This document shows, piece after piece, positions 8,203-16,791 of a stretch of DNA of 19,594 nt. Both the position numbers and the translations under genes were made by a program. Positions within the stretch are counted from its first letter, which is position 1. Each line of letters begins with the position of its first letter. A model generated the notes under the pieces. The model was not told the DNA's origin. It searched no databases and saw nothing but the letters and a program-made list of their open reading frames with translations. Source of the stretch: a bacterium (GTDB lineage: Bacteria; Zhuqueibacterota; Zhuqueibacteria; Oceanimicrobiales; Oceanimicrobiaceae); contig JBHHYI010000076.1 of assembly GCA_046757525.1 (NCBI GenBank), forward strand, positions 1-19,594, read 5' to 3'.

Positions 8203-8525
8203 GCTGTGATAGGGCTTGGGCTTTGCTGCTTCAGGTCACGATGACTCAGGACAACCGGGGACACGTGGGAAGCGGTTGCACAAATTCCTTGAATGTTTGC
8301 AAATTATTTGGGATATTACGCTTCGGGTGAACCTCCCCGGCACCGTCCAACACAGAGAGGTAGCGGGTGTGCCTGGTTGGTCAACAACCCTATCGGTCAC
8401 AAGAGTTGGGTCCGGCTTTAGTCAGCGCATCTTCCTCACCAATCTGATCTGGAAATCGGTCAGGCGCCCGACTGATTTGATTGTAATTTGGCTCAACAGG
8501 ATCACCTTTTTTTAAGGAGAGTACG

Positions 8526-9134
8526 ATGGCAGATTTCAAAGAGGCATTCGACAAAACCATGGGACATGAAGGCGGCTACGTCAACGATCCCAACGATGCT
8601 GGCGGTGAAACCTACAAAGGGGTAGCCAGGCGCTACAACCCGGACTGGAACGGCTGGGGCATCATCGACCAATTGAAAGATGCGCCGAATTTTCCCAAGA
8701 ACCTGGACGACAGTCAACCCTTGCAGGACGCGGTCAAGGCACTTTACAAGCAAAAATACTGGAATCCATTTTGGGGCGACGAAATACCCGATCAAGACAT
8801 TGCCGAGGAACTGTTCGACACCGGGGTCAACATGGGAACCGGTCGTGCGATAAAATTCCTGCAACAAGGCCTCAACCTGCTCAATCGCAATGGCAAGCTT
8901 TATGGCGACATTGTGGAAGACGGCGATTTTGGTCAGAATACTTTCGACGCTTTGACGGCCTACTTGTCCGGCAAGGGCCGGGCCTTTGACCGGCAAAAAG
9001 ACAAACCCGACCTCCTCCTGAAGATCATGAATATCTTGCAAGGCATGCATTACATCAATTATATGCGCAAGAGTCCGACGCAGGAAAAATACGCTCGTGG
9101 TTGGTTAAAGCGGGTGAAGATTTCGAAAAGCTGA
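8526..9134 (+). CDS. Glycoside hydrolase family 108 muramidase with a C-terminal peptidoglycan-binding domain (ZliS/TtsA-like)
   Basis: HEGGYVNDPNDAGGETYKGV (EGGY catalytic motif), YKQKYW, LFDTGVNMG..RAIKFLQ, EDGDFGQNT and YARGWLKRV. AAGGAG RBS; no signal peptide. Confidence 0.92.
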   Translation: MADFKEAFDKTMGHEGGYVNDPNDAGGETYKGVARRYNPDWNGWGIIDQLKDAPNFPKNLDDSQPLQDAVKALYKQKYWNPFWGDEIPDQDIAEELFDTGVNMGTGRAIKFLQQGLNLLNRNGKLYGDIVEDGDFGQNTFDALTAYLSGKGRAFDRQKDKPDLLLKIMNILQGMHYINYMRKSPTQEKYARGWLKRVKISKS

Positions 9135-9291
9135 AGCAGGTTAAGCCGCCTATTTTGGGCTTGAATTTCATCTTAATTTTTTTATATTGCTGCGGGAGTA
9201 CTGCAAGTTGCCGACGATCCGAGGCGTTGGTGTCGACCGACACCATGGGAACCAGAGAATTTTTCGTAGAAAAGAAATACAGTTATTGCCT

Positions 9292-10482
9292 ATGCCCTTA
9301 GCTACCCCGTTTCATTCCAGAACATCAGCTCTCTGTAAAAGTCACGAATGGCGCAATTGGTCCGGCTACCTGGCGGTCAGCGTTTACGAACCGACGCATG
9401 AATATGAGTACTACGCCATTCGCAATGCCGCTGCGCTGATCGACGTGACCCCCCTGTTTAAATACGAGATCACCGGCCCGGATGCCGCCCGCCTCGTCGA
9501 CCGCATCATTACCCGCGATGTGAGCAAATGCAAGGTGGGTCAGGTGCTGTACACCTCGTGGTGCGACGAAGCGGGCAAGATGATCGATGACGGCACCGTG
9601 CAGCGCTTGGCTGAAGACCACTTTCGCATTACCGCTGCCGACCCCAGCCTGCGCTGGTTTCAGGACTGCGGCTTTGGCATGGCGGTAACGGTGGAAGACA
9701 TCTCAGCAAAATTGGCGGCGCTGGCTGTGCAAGGGCCCAATTCACGCCACATTCTCGAGCAGGTTGTTACCGGTGCGGACCTGGACAACCTCAGATTTTT
9801 CCGTCTCACTCAGGCCAAAATCGATGAGATTCCCGTAACCGTCACCCGCACCGGTTACACCGGCGACCTGGGCTACGAGCTGTGGGTGGCGCCGCACCAG
9901 GCCGAGCATCTGTGGGACGTGCTCGTGGAAGCAGGCCGTGGGTACGGCATCGCCCCGGCTGGCATGGTTGCCCTGGACATCGCGCGCATCGAGGCCGGCC
10001 TTCTCCTCATCGAAGTCGACTACATTTCCAGTCAAAAAGCCCTCATCGAAGCGCGCAAATCGTCGCCTTTCGAGGCCGGTTTAGCCTGGACCGTTAAGCT
10101 GGACAAGCAGGATTTCGTCGGGCGCAAGGCGCTGCTGGCTGAAAAAGAACGCGGCTCCAAATGGGCGTTGGTCGGTCTGGAGATTAGCTGGCCGGACCTG
10201 GAGCAGCTTTTCGGCGCCGTCGATTTGCCCCCACTGGTGGCGGGTCGCGCTTCCCGTCTGCCGGTTCCGATCTACAAAAATGGCAAGCAGATCGGCCAGG
10301 CCACCAGCAGGACCTTTTCACCCATCCTCAAAAAATACATTGCCCTGGGCACAATCGAAACGCAACACGCAGAGCCTGGCGCTGAAGTCGACATCGAAAT
10401 CACAGTTGAATTTACCCGGCAGCAAGCCAGGGCCACCATCGTCCACCCCCCATTTTTTAACCCAGAGAGAAAGCGAGCCTGA
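9292..10482 (+). CDS. GcvT-like aminomethyltransferase-family (tetrahydrofolate-binding) protein
   Basis: TPFH, EYYAIRNAAALIDVTPL, G.MIDDGTV, LAVQGPNSR, TRTGYTGDLGYELW, RIEAGL and FSPILKKYIALG...PPFFNPER. Probable start ATG 9292. No gcvH or gcvP in the window, so it is not called gcvT. Confidence 0.92.
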   Translation: MPLATPFHSRTSALCKSHEWRNWSGYLAVSVYEPTHEYEYYAIRNAAALIDVTPLFKYEITGPDAARLVDRIITRDVSKCKVGQVLYTSWCDEAGKMIDDGTVQRLAEDHFRITAADPSLRWFQDCGFGMAVTVEDISAKLAALAVQGPNSRHILEQVVTGADLDNLRFFRLTQAKIDEIPVTVTRTGYTGDLGYELWVAPHQAEHLWDVLVEAGRGYGIAPAGMVALDIARIEAGLLLIEVDYISSQKALIEARKSSPFEAGLAWTVKLDKQDFVGRKALLAEKERGSKWALVGLEISWPDLEQLFGAVDLPPLVAGRASRLPVPIYKNGKQIGQATSRTFSPILKKYIALGTIETQHAEPGAEVDIEITVEFTRQQARATIVHPPFFNPERKRA

Positions 10483-10485
10483 GGC

Positions 10486-12066
10486 ATGGCGGAAAAATAC
10501 GATGCCATCGTCATCGGCGGCGGCCATAACGGGCTGGTCAACGCGGCCTATTTGGCGCGTGCCGGCAAAAAAGTGCTGGTGCTGGAACGGCGCCATCTGA
10601 TCGGCGGTGCCACGGTAACCGAAGAAATCTATCCGGGATTCAAGTACAGCGTGTTCTCCTACGTCGTGAGCCTCATGCGTCCGGAAATCATTCGCGAACT
10701 CCAGTTGCCCAAACACGGTCTGACCGTGCTACCCCTGGAAAGCACGTTGACCCCTTTGCCCGACGGCAACTACCTGTACCGCGATGCCGACCATTTTCGC
10801 ACCATGCGCGACATCGGGCGCTTTTCCCAGCGCGACGCCGAGGCTTATGACGACTACGGACGCACCATGTTTTTCATGGCCAAGGCGGTCAAATACCTGC
10901 TCGGCATCATTCCGCCTGACCCCGGGAGCATCAATCCAAAGGACATCTTCGGGCTGGCTGCTGTGGGCAAGCACTTCCTGGACCTCGAGGAGGAACACCT
11001 GTACACGCTGATCAAGCTCATGACCATGAGTTCCGCCGATTTTTTGGAAGAGTGGTTCGAAACCGATGTGCTCAAGGCCACGCTCTCGGCCAGCGGCATC
11101 ATCGGCACCTTCCTGGGGCCGCGTTCGCCGGGAACCGCCTACGTCTTGCTGCATCACTACATGGGCGAAATCGACGGCAATTTCCGCGCCTGGGGGTTTG
11201 CCAGGGGCGGGACCGGGGCCATCGCCAACGCCATCGCCAGCGCGGCCCGTGAGCTTGGCGTTGAAATTCGCACCAACGCCGGCGTGGCCCAGGTCCTGGT
11301 GAAAAATGACCGGGCCAGGGGCGTGGTATTGCAAAATGGCGACGAATTCTACGCCGAGGTCGTCGTCTCCAGCCTCGACCCGCAATGGACGTTTCTCAAA
11401 TTTGTAAAGCCTAAACACTTGCCGGAAGAGCTTGTCCAGGATATTCAAAAGTTCAAGATTCGTGGTTCTTCGGCCAAGGTGAATCTGGCGTTGGACGCTG
11501 CGCCCGATTTCGCCTGTCTGCCCGGTCCGGGGCCCCATTTGCGCGGCGCTGTTTCCATCAGTCCCAGCGTAGACTATCTGGAACGGGCCTACGACGACGC
11601 CAAGTACGGCAACTACTCGCGCAGACCGTACATCGACATCATCATTCCTTCGATGATCGATCCCGACATGGCGCCGCCGGGCAAGCACGTCATGTCCTGT
11701 TTTGTGCAGTACGCGCCCTACCAGTTGCAAGATGGAACCTGGGAAGAGCGCCGTGAAGCGTTCGGTGACACGGTGGTGGAAACCCTGGCCGAATACATCC
11801 CAAATCTGAAGAACATCATTTTACACCGACAGGTGATGACGCCGTGGGATATCGAACAGACCGTCGGGCTGACCCAGGGCAATATTTTTCAGGGGGAGCT
11901 GAGTCTGTCGCAGCTCTTTTTCCTGCGCCCGGCCGCAGGATTTGCCCAGTACCGCACGCCGATCAAGAATTATTACCAGTGTGGCTCGAGCACCCACCCG
12001 GGCGGTGGCATCATGGGCGCGCCTGGCCGCCTGGCCGCTTTGGAGATCTTGAAAGATCAAAAATGA
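10486..12066 (+). CDS. FAD-dependent oxidoreductase, phytoene dehydrogenase/PYROXD2-like (paralog A)
   Basis: Rossmann motif YDAIVIGGGHNGLV..AYLARAGKKVLVLERR..IGGA, plus YLERAYDDAKYG, GNIFQG and QYRTPIKNYYQCGSSTHPGGG. Starts 3 nt after the AMT stop. Confidence 0.92.
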   Translation: MAEKYDAIVIGGGHNGLVNAAYLARAGKKVLVLERRHLIGGATVTEEIYPGFKYSVFSYVVSLMRPEIIRELQLPKHGLTVLPLESTLTPLPDGNYLYRDADHFRTMRDIGRFSQRDAEAYDDYGRTMFFMAKAVKYLLGIIPPDPGSINPKDIFGLAAVGKHFLDLEEEHLYTLIKLMTMSSADFLEEWFETDVLKATLSASGIIGTFLGPRSPGTAYVLLHHYMGEIDGNFRAWGFARGGTGAIANAIASAARELGVEIRTNAGVAQVLVKNDRARGVVLQNGDEFYAEVVVSSLDPQWTFLKFVKPKHLPEELVQDIQKFKIRGSSAKVNLALDAAPDFACLPGPGPHLRGAVSISPSVDYLERAYDDAKYGNYSRRPYIDIIIPSMIDPDMAPPGKHVMSCFVQYAPYQLQDGTWEERREAFGDTVVETLAEYIPNLKNIILHRQVMTPWDIEQTVGLTQGNIFQGELSLSQLFFLRPAAGFAQYRTPIKNYYQCGSSTHPGGGIMGAPGRLAALEILKDQK

Positions 12067-12179
12067 AACAGAGTTAAAATTAAACGCTCAAGAACACTGA
12101 ACTTAGGGTTCACAGCAAAGAAAGAGGAAACTTGAAACCCGGGAATGATCCCTGTCATTTTGGATGAAGAAAGATCGAC

Positions 12180-13775
12180 ATGACCTTTGACGCTCTAATT
12201 ATCGGTGGCGGCCACAACGGTTTGGTCGCCGCCGCAACCCTTGCACAGGCGGGGAAAAGTGTGCTCGTCGTGGAACAGCGTCCGACTCTCGGCGGCGCGG
12301 CGGCTACCGAGGAAGTTTTTCCCGGTTTCAAAATCAATACCGGCGCACACGATGCGGGTCTGTTCTTGACCAGCCTCTTGGGAAAGTTCGAACTGCAAAA
12401 GCACGGTCTGGCATTTATTGAAAGTCCCGTTGCCGTCTGGGCACCACAAGCCGACGGCACCGCGCTCACGCTGTGGCGTGACCCCAAGAGGAATCGCGAA
12501 GAAATTCGTCGCTTCTCCACAAGCGACGCCGACAAATGGCCTGACTTCTTGCGTACTTTGCAGTGCGTGACCAGGGTTTTGCGCACGCTGCGCACTCTCA
12601 CCCCACCAGATTTGGCCGACAAATCTTTCAGCGAGGTGTTGCCCTGGCTCAAGGTTGCGCTCAGACTCAAGCGTATGGGCAAACATGACATGATGGAATT
12701 CTTCAGGATATTGCCCATGACGACCAAAGAGTTTCTCGACGAATGGTTTGAAAGCGAGACGCTTAAAGGGGTATTGGGCGCCGCCGGCGTCACGGGCAGC
12801 ATGCAGGGTCCGCAAGCTTCCGGCACTGCCTTCATGATGCTGTATCAGTACTTGGGCGCGGGCAATGGCGGCTTCCGCGCCAGCCGATTCGTGCGAGGGG
12901 GCATGGGAAATCTCTCCAAAGCTCTGGCGGAATTCGCCCGACAACATGGCGCGGAAATTCGCACGGGAGTTGCAGTTTCGCAGATCGTCGTTAACGGTGG
13001 CAAGGCTGCGGGCGTCGTTCTCGCAAATGGGGAGGAGATCGCTGCGCACACGGTCCTCTCCAACGCCGATCCCGCTCGCACCTTCTTTAAGCTGGTGGGT
13101 GCGCCCGGGCTCGGACCGCAATTCGTGCGCAAAGTCAGAAATATCCGTTACCGCGGCAGCACCGCCAAGGTGAATCTGGCCTTGAACGGCTTGCCGCACT
13201 TCGCTGGCACTGCCAACTCCGAAGCGCAGCTCAGCGGCCACATTCTCATTTGTCCGGATTTGGAATATTTGGAACGGGCCTACGACGATGCCAAATACGG
13301 ACAGTTCTCAAAGCAGCCCTACCTGGACATCGTCCTGCCCACGTTGCTGGATGCGTCGCTGGCTCCGGCAGGGAAACACATCATGTCCATCAGTATGCAG
13401 TACGCACCGTACCATCTAAAGGACGGAACGTGGGACGAAGCGCGCGAAAAGTTGGGAGACTGCGTCGTTAACACGCTTAGTCAATTCGCGCCAAATCTGC
13501 CCGACCTCATCTTGCACCGACAGGTACTCACGCCGTTGGACTGGGAACGGGAGTACGGCCTCACCGAAGGCAGCATTTTCCACGGTCAGATGGGATTGGA
13601 CCAACTCCTGTTCATGCGCCCGGTCGCTGGATTCGGACAATACCGCACGCCCATTGAGAATCTTTACTTGTGCGGAGCAGGCACCCACCCGGGCGGCGGA
13701 GTCACCGGCGCGCCCGGATTTAACGCCGCACGCGAGGTACTGAAAGATTGGAAAAGAGGACAAAGCTCCAGTTGA
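12180..13775 (+). CDS. FAD-dependent oxidoreductase, phytoene dehydrogenase/PYROXD2-like (paralog B)
   Basis: FDALIIGGGHNGLV, RGSTAKVNLAL, YLERAYDDAKYG and YRTPIENLYLCGAGTHPGGG. Collinear with paralog A over its full length. Confidence 0.92.
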   Translation: MTFDALIIGGGHNGLVAAATLAQAGKSVLVVEQRPTLGGAAATEEVFPGFKINTGAHDAGLFLTSLLGKFELQKHGLAFIESPVAVWAPQADGTALTLWRDPKRNREEIRRFSTSDADKWPDFLRTLQCVTRVLRTLRTLTPPDLADKSFSEVLPWLKVALRLKRMGKHDMMEFFRILPMTTKEFLDEWFESETLKGVLGAAGVTGSMQGPQASGTAFMMLYQYLGAGNGGFRASRFVRGGMGNLSKALAEFARQHGAEIRTGVAVSQIVVNGGKAAGVVLANGEEIAAHTVLSNADPARTFFKLVGAPGLGPQFVRKVRNIRYRGSTAKVNLALNGLPHFAGTANSEAQLSGHILICPDLEYLERAYDDAKYGQFSKQPYLDIVLPTLLDASLAPAGKHIMSISMQYAPYHLKDGTWDEAREKLGDCVVNTLSQFAPNLPDLILHRQVLTPLDWEREYGLTEGSIFHGQMGLDQLLFMRPVAGFGQYRTPIENLYLCGAGTHPGGGVTGAPGFNAAREVLKDWKRGQSSS

Positions 13776-13843
13776 CTAAAAAACTGTTTTGATTCTTCTT
13801 TGGTATTTATTAATTTTGAAGTGGTTGAACCGGAGAATAATCT

Positions 13844-14245
13844 ATGGGCGATATTTATTTGGAATTCACCATTGCCAATATACAAAACTTAGAGAAACAA
13901 AAGGAAATTTCCTTTCTGGTCGACACTGGCGCTACCCGTGCCTGGGTGCCCAGGGAAATTGCGGAGGAATTAGATATTAAAGAAGAGGGCACGGTTTCTC
14001 TGGAATTGGCAGATGGCAGCATCAAGGATCTGCCTTATGGCTTCTGCCTTTTTGATTTCGGCGGTGAAAGGATCGCCGGAAATGTCGTCATCGGCCCCAG
14101 TGAATGTGAGCCAATCGTCGGAACGCATGTGCTGCAAGATTTTCGCCTCGTTATCGACTTAGAGAATCACACGGTTTCACGCAGCCGGGCTATGAGAGCA
14201 AAGGCGGTTTCCATTGCGATTACTTACTTGCGCGCAGCAAGGTGA
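13844..14245 (+). CDS. Clan AA (retropepsin-like) single-domain aspartyl protease
   Basis: FLVDTGAT catalytic motif, flap-like LELADG and EPIVG..VLQDF.LVID. 133 aa. Confidence 0.88.
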   Translation: MGDIYLEFTIANIQNLEKQKEISFLVDTGATRAWVPREIAEELDIKEEGTVSLELADGSIKDLPYGFCLFDFGGERIAGNVVIGPSECEPIVGTHVLQDFRLVIDLENHTVSRSRAMRAKAVSIAITYLRAAR

Positions 14246-14258
14246 TAGCCGTAGCAAG

Positions 14259-15026
14259 CTAACCGGAGAGCGCCATCTGAACAGCGGGGGGAAAGATTTC
14301 GGTTACATCGCCTTCCAGGCGCAGCGAGACCGCTGGATGGGGGTCCTGATCGGTGGGGCCTTGGTTGATGATGATGTAGGGCACGCCACGTTCTGCTGCC
14401 AGCAGGGGCAAGGAGGCGGCCGGATGCACCGACAGCGTGGAGCCCAGGGCAACCACCAGGTCTGCATTTTCTGCGGCGGAGGCTGCCCGCACCAGGTCTT
14501 CCTCGCGCAGACTCTGTCCAAAGCTAATGGTGGCTGGTTTAAGATAGCCACCACAGCGACACAGGGGCGGTTCTCTGGTTCGGCGAAAATACTCGAAATG
14601 CGCTTCTGCCTTGCTCCGCAGGTGACAGCTTTGGCATTCCACGGCCGCATTGCTGCCGTGCAGTTCCACCAGGCGTTTGGGGGCAGTGCCGGCCAACGCG
14701 TGCAAACCATCGATGTTCTGGGTGACCACCATGAGAACCTTTTGGGCCTGTTCCAGCTTGACGATGGCCCGGTGTACCGCATTGGGCCTGGCCTTGCGAA
14801 AGGCCTCCCACCCTTCCAACTTGTAATCCCAATATTCCACGCGTGCCGCTTCAGAAGTCATGAATTCCTGATAATAAACCGGCTGACGTCGACTCCACAC
14901 ACCACCAGGGCCGCGGTAATCGGGAATGCCGCTGCGGGTGGAGATGCCCGCACCGGTGAAGAAGAATATGTTCTGAGCGTCCTGTAAATGGTGGACCAAC
15001 TGTTTCTCGGAAAGTTCTTGTGTCAT
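14259..15026 (-). CDS. Sir2-family NAD-dependent protein deacylase (CobB-like)
   Basis: FTGAGISTRSGIPDYRG, VTQNIDGLH, ELHG, zinc ligands CQSC...CRC, LKPATISFGQ, GSTLSVHPAA and IINQGPT. Confidence 0.95.
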   Translation of the reverse strand: MTQELSEKQLVHHLQDAQNIFFFTGAGISTRSGIPDYRGPGGVWSRRQPVYYQEFMTSEAARVEYWDYKLEGWEAFRKARPNAVHRAIVKLEQAQKVLMVVTQNIDGLHALAGTAPKRLVELHGSNAAVECQSCHLRSKAEAHFEYFRRTREPPLCRCGGYLKPATISFGQSLREEDLVRAASAAENADLVVALGSTLSVHPAASLPLLAAERGVPYIIINQGPTDQDPHPAVSLRLEGDVTEIFPPAVQMALSG

Positions 15027-15130
15027 GCCTGGTTGCCGGTTTCTTGGATATGAGGCCTCTCACAGGGAGCGAAATCCGTCATTAAGTTAACAACAAAATG
15101 CTTCAAATCAATAGATTTTTGGGATCATGC

Positions 15131-15169
15131 AAAAAAAACGGTTTAAGCAAGAAACTGACTTAAACCGTT
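15131..15169 (-). terminator. Intrinsic terminator downstream of the sulfotransferase-fold gene
   Basis: Perfect 11-bp inverted repeat AACGGTTTAAG (15137-15147) / CTTAAACCGTT (15159-15169). The A8 run at 15131-15138 gives a U-tract on the minus strand. Confidence 0.85.
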
Positions 15170-15191
15170 GCAGTTGGACCAAGAGAAAGAG

Positions 15192-15353
15192 GTAACAGTT
15201 CAGGCCGTAGATGGATCGTTCAGTATGTCTATGCTGAACGCACATTAAGTCGGGATATTGATCCCCATCGAGACTGCTGCGGGAACAGATGTTCCCTATT
15301 AATTTACGTTCAGGATAAATATCCTTAACGATCGCTATCGGGTGAACTGTTAC
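15192..15353. mobile_element. MITE-like non-autonomous element (162 bp) with 11-bp TIRs and an 8-bp target-site duplication
   Basis: GTAACAGTTCA (15192-15202) and TGAACTGTTAC (15343-15353) are perfect inverted repeats. AGAAAGAG abuts both ends directly (15184-15191 and 15354-15361). The ORF track lists no ORF here. Confidence 0.8.
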
Positions 15354-15380
15354 AGAAAGAGTTGGTTGGTACTCCCTAAT

Positions 15381-15953
15381 CTACTTGCGTTGTCGATACA
15401 GCGCCTGGTCCACCACCTTTGCCATGTTTTGTTCATCGAGAGAGTGGTCCAAAAAAGCATTGATTTTCTTAATGCTATCAGCCGGATTTTTTAACACTTC
15501 ATTGTAGTGCACATAAGTCACATCGATGTTGGGCTGTTGTTCCAGCCAGGTTTCAACTCTCTTGAGGTGCCGCGAAAAATGCTCTGCCATTTTTTCGTCG
15601 CTGATTGTGTCCGTGGGCTCGCCTCGCCGAACCAGCATTTGTTTCTGTGAGGCGAGTATTTCTTGGATATTCCTCTGCATAAATAGAATTTTGTAGGAAT
15701 AATCTCGGGGCAGTTTTTCCAGGAGGGCGGATATTATTTTGACCACCTTGCCTTGTGAACTGGCAAGCCACGAGTGTTCTTTGTCCAGTTCTTTAACCTT
15801 TTCGAATTCGTAGTATCCCTTTGGGTTGTCTTCGTCGGCAGTACGTTGATTGTCCGTGAGAAGTTCCATGCCGCCGGCCTCAAGCATTTTCATCATCATC
15901 GACGTACCAGAGCGGGGCAAGCCTGAAACAACCGTAATGGTATCCTTGTCCAT
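15381..15953 (-). CDS. Sulfotransferase-family (P-loop) protein
   Basis: PAPS-binding-loop-like VVSGLPRSGTSMMMKML, plus DNPKGYYE, FMQRNIQEILASQ and YNEVLKNP. Probable start ATG 15953 with a GGAG RBS. Confidence 0.85.
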   Translation of the reverse strand: MDKDTITVVSGLPRSGTSMMMKMLEAGGMELLTDNQRTADEDNPKGYYEFEKVKELDKEHSWLASSQGKVVKIISALLEKLPRDYSYKILFMQRNIQEILASQKQMLVRRGEPTDTISDEKMAEHFSRHLKRVETWLEQQPNIDVTYVHYNEVLKNPADSIKKINAFLDHSLDEQNMAKVVDQALYRQRK

Positions 15954-16092
15954 AGGTTTTTTCTCCATATATTTGATTTTGGATTCGGGTTTTTTTGTTG
16001 TTATCGGAAACAAATGAAACAACTATAATATACCCTCTTAAAACCAAAAGTAAGGAAAAAAAGTGCAAAAATAAATGGATTAAACACAGAAA

Positions 16093-16518
16093 CTAAGAAA
16101 CTGCGGAACGGCTCTGCCTGGCCAAATGTGCTACCGACTCCTCGCTCAGGGCTTCGATTAGAGGCACACGAACTTTGCGCCAATGGAGGTGGAAAGGACA
16201 CGGGTTTTCGTCGTTACACTCGGGCATGCCGAGTGCGCAATCATGCGTGAGCGTGGTGCTGTCGATGATGTTGACGATTTCGATGAGAAATATCTGGTCC
16301 GCAGGTCGGGCAAATGAAAAACCACCTTGGCGTCCCTTGGTTGAATTGAGAATCCCCCCCTTTACCAGAGACTGAAACGTCTTGGCCAAAAATGGCGCTG
16401 GAGAAGCAGCTTGTTTAGCGACTTCAGGGATGGTCCAGGATTTTTTGTCAGGATTGCGGGCCATTTCCACCAACCCTCTAACGGCATACTCACAAGCACG
16501 GCTGAAGATAACAGACAT
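16093..16518 (-). CDS. Rrf2-family transcriptional regulator with three C-terminal Cys (likely Fe-S binding)
   Basis: FSRACEYAVRGL, FLAKTFQSLVKGGILNSTKGRQGGFSFARPADQI.L.EIV, and CALGMPECNDENPCPFH. Confidence 0.95.
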   Translation of the reverse strand: MSVIFSRACEYAVRGLVEMARNPDKKSWTIPEVAKQAASPAPFLAKTFQSLVKGGILNSTKGRQGGFSFARPADQIFLIEIVNIIDSTTLTHDCALGMPECNDENPCPFHLHWRKVRVPLIEALSEESVAHLARQSRSAVS

Positions 16519-16571
16519 GGCACAAATGCTCCGATAATATCCTCTCTTGGCTGGCTTTCTTTGATTTTAAT

Positions 16572-16682
16572 ATAAGGAACCTTGTCTTAAGAATCAACAA
16601 GTCGGACAAAAATATCTAAAAAAACTTGACATTTTTGCAAAATAAGTTATATTATGAAACCACAAAAGACAATACAGTCCGA
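16572..16682 (+). promoter_or_regulatory. Sigma70 promoter of the radical SAM operon flanked by candidate Rrf2 operators
   Basis: TTGACA (16626-16631) with TATATT (16648-16653) or TATTAT (16650-16655). Imperfect palindromes of type RGAC-N6-RTCY at 16602-16619 and 16665-16682, and a weaker one at 16572-16589. Confidence 0.6.
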
Positions 16683-16791
16683 ATTCTTTTGCAGATTCAA
16701 TTCAGCAAAAACTATTTCTGATTGTTTTTAAGCACTTAGCCTGTTCAAGTAAATACTTTGTAAACGTTTATTTAGTGTGGAGGGAGCAGTC

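Noticed and set aside
9292..10482. Glycine cleavage T protein gcvT with a glycine riboswitch
   Set aside because: No gcvH or gcvP is adjacent, and there is no recognisable glycine-riboswitch consensus in 9135-9291.
10729..13241. Long antisense ORFs (333 aa and 348 aa), and similar ones at 14214-14987 and 17128-18021
   Set aside because: These are shadow frames of GC-rich genes on the opposite strand and contain no recognisable motifs.
10486..13775. Carotenoid biosynthesis (crtI/crtO) cluster
   Set aside because: No phytoene synthase, cyclase or prenyltransferase is nearby, and the genes are coupled to an aminomethyltransferase instead.
14259..15026. Sir2-domain anti-phage defence gene (Thoeris/DSR-like)
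   Set aside because: It is a stand-alone, zinc-binding classical sirtuin of normal length with no defence partner genes.
15192..15353. 6S RNA
   Set aside because: The size and rod-with-bubble fold are compatible, but an exact 8-bp direct repeat abutting both TIRs is better explained by transposition, and I see no dedicated promoter. It is kept only as an alternative to test.
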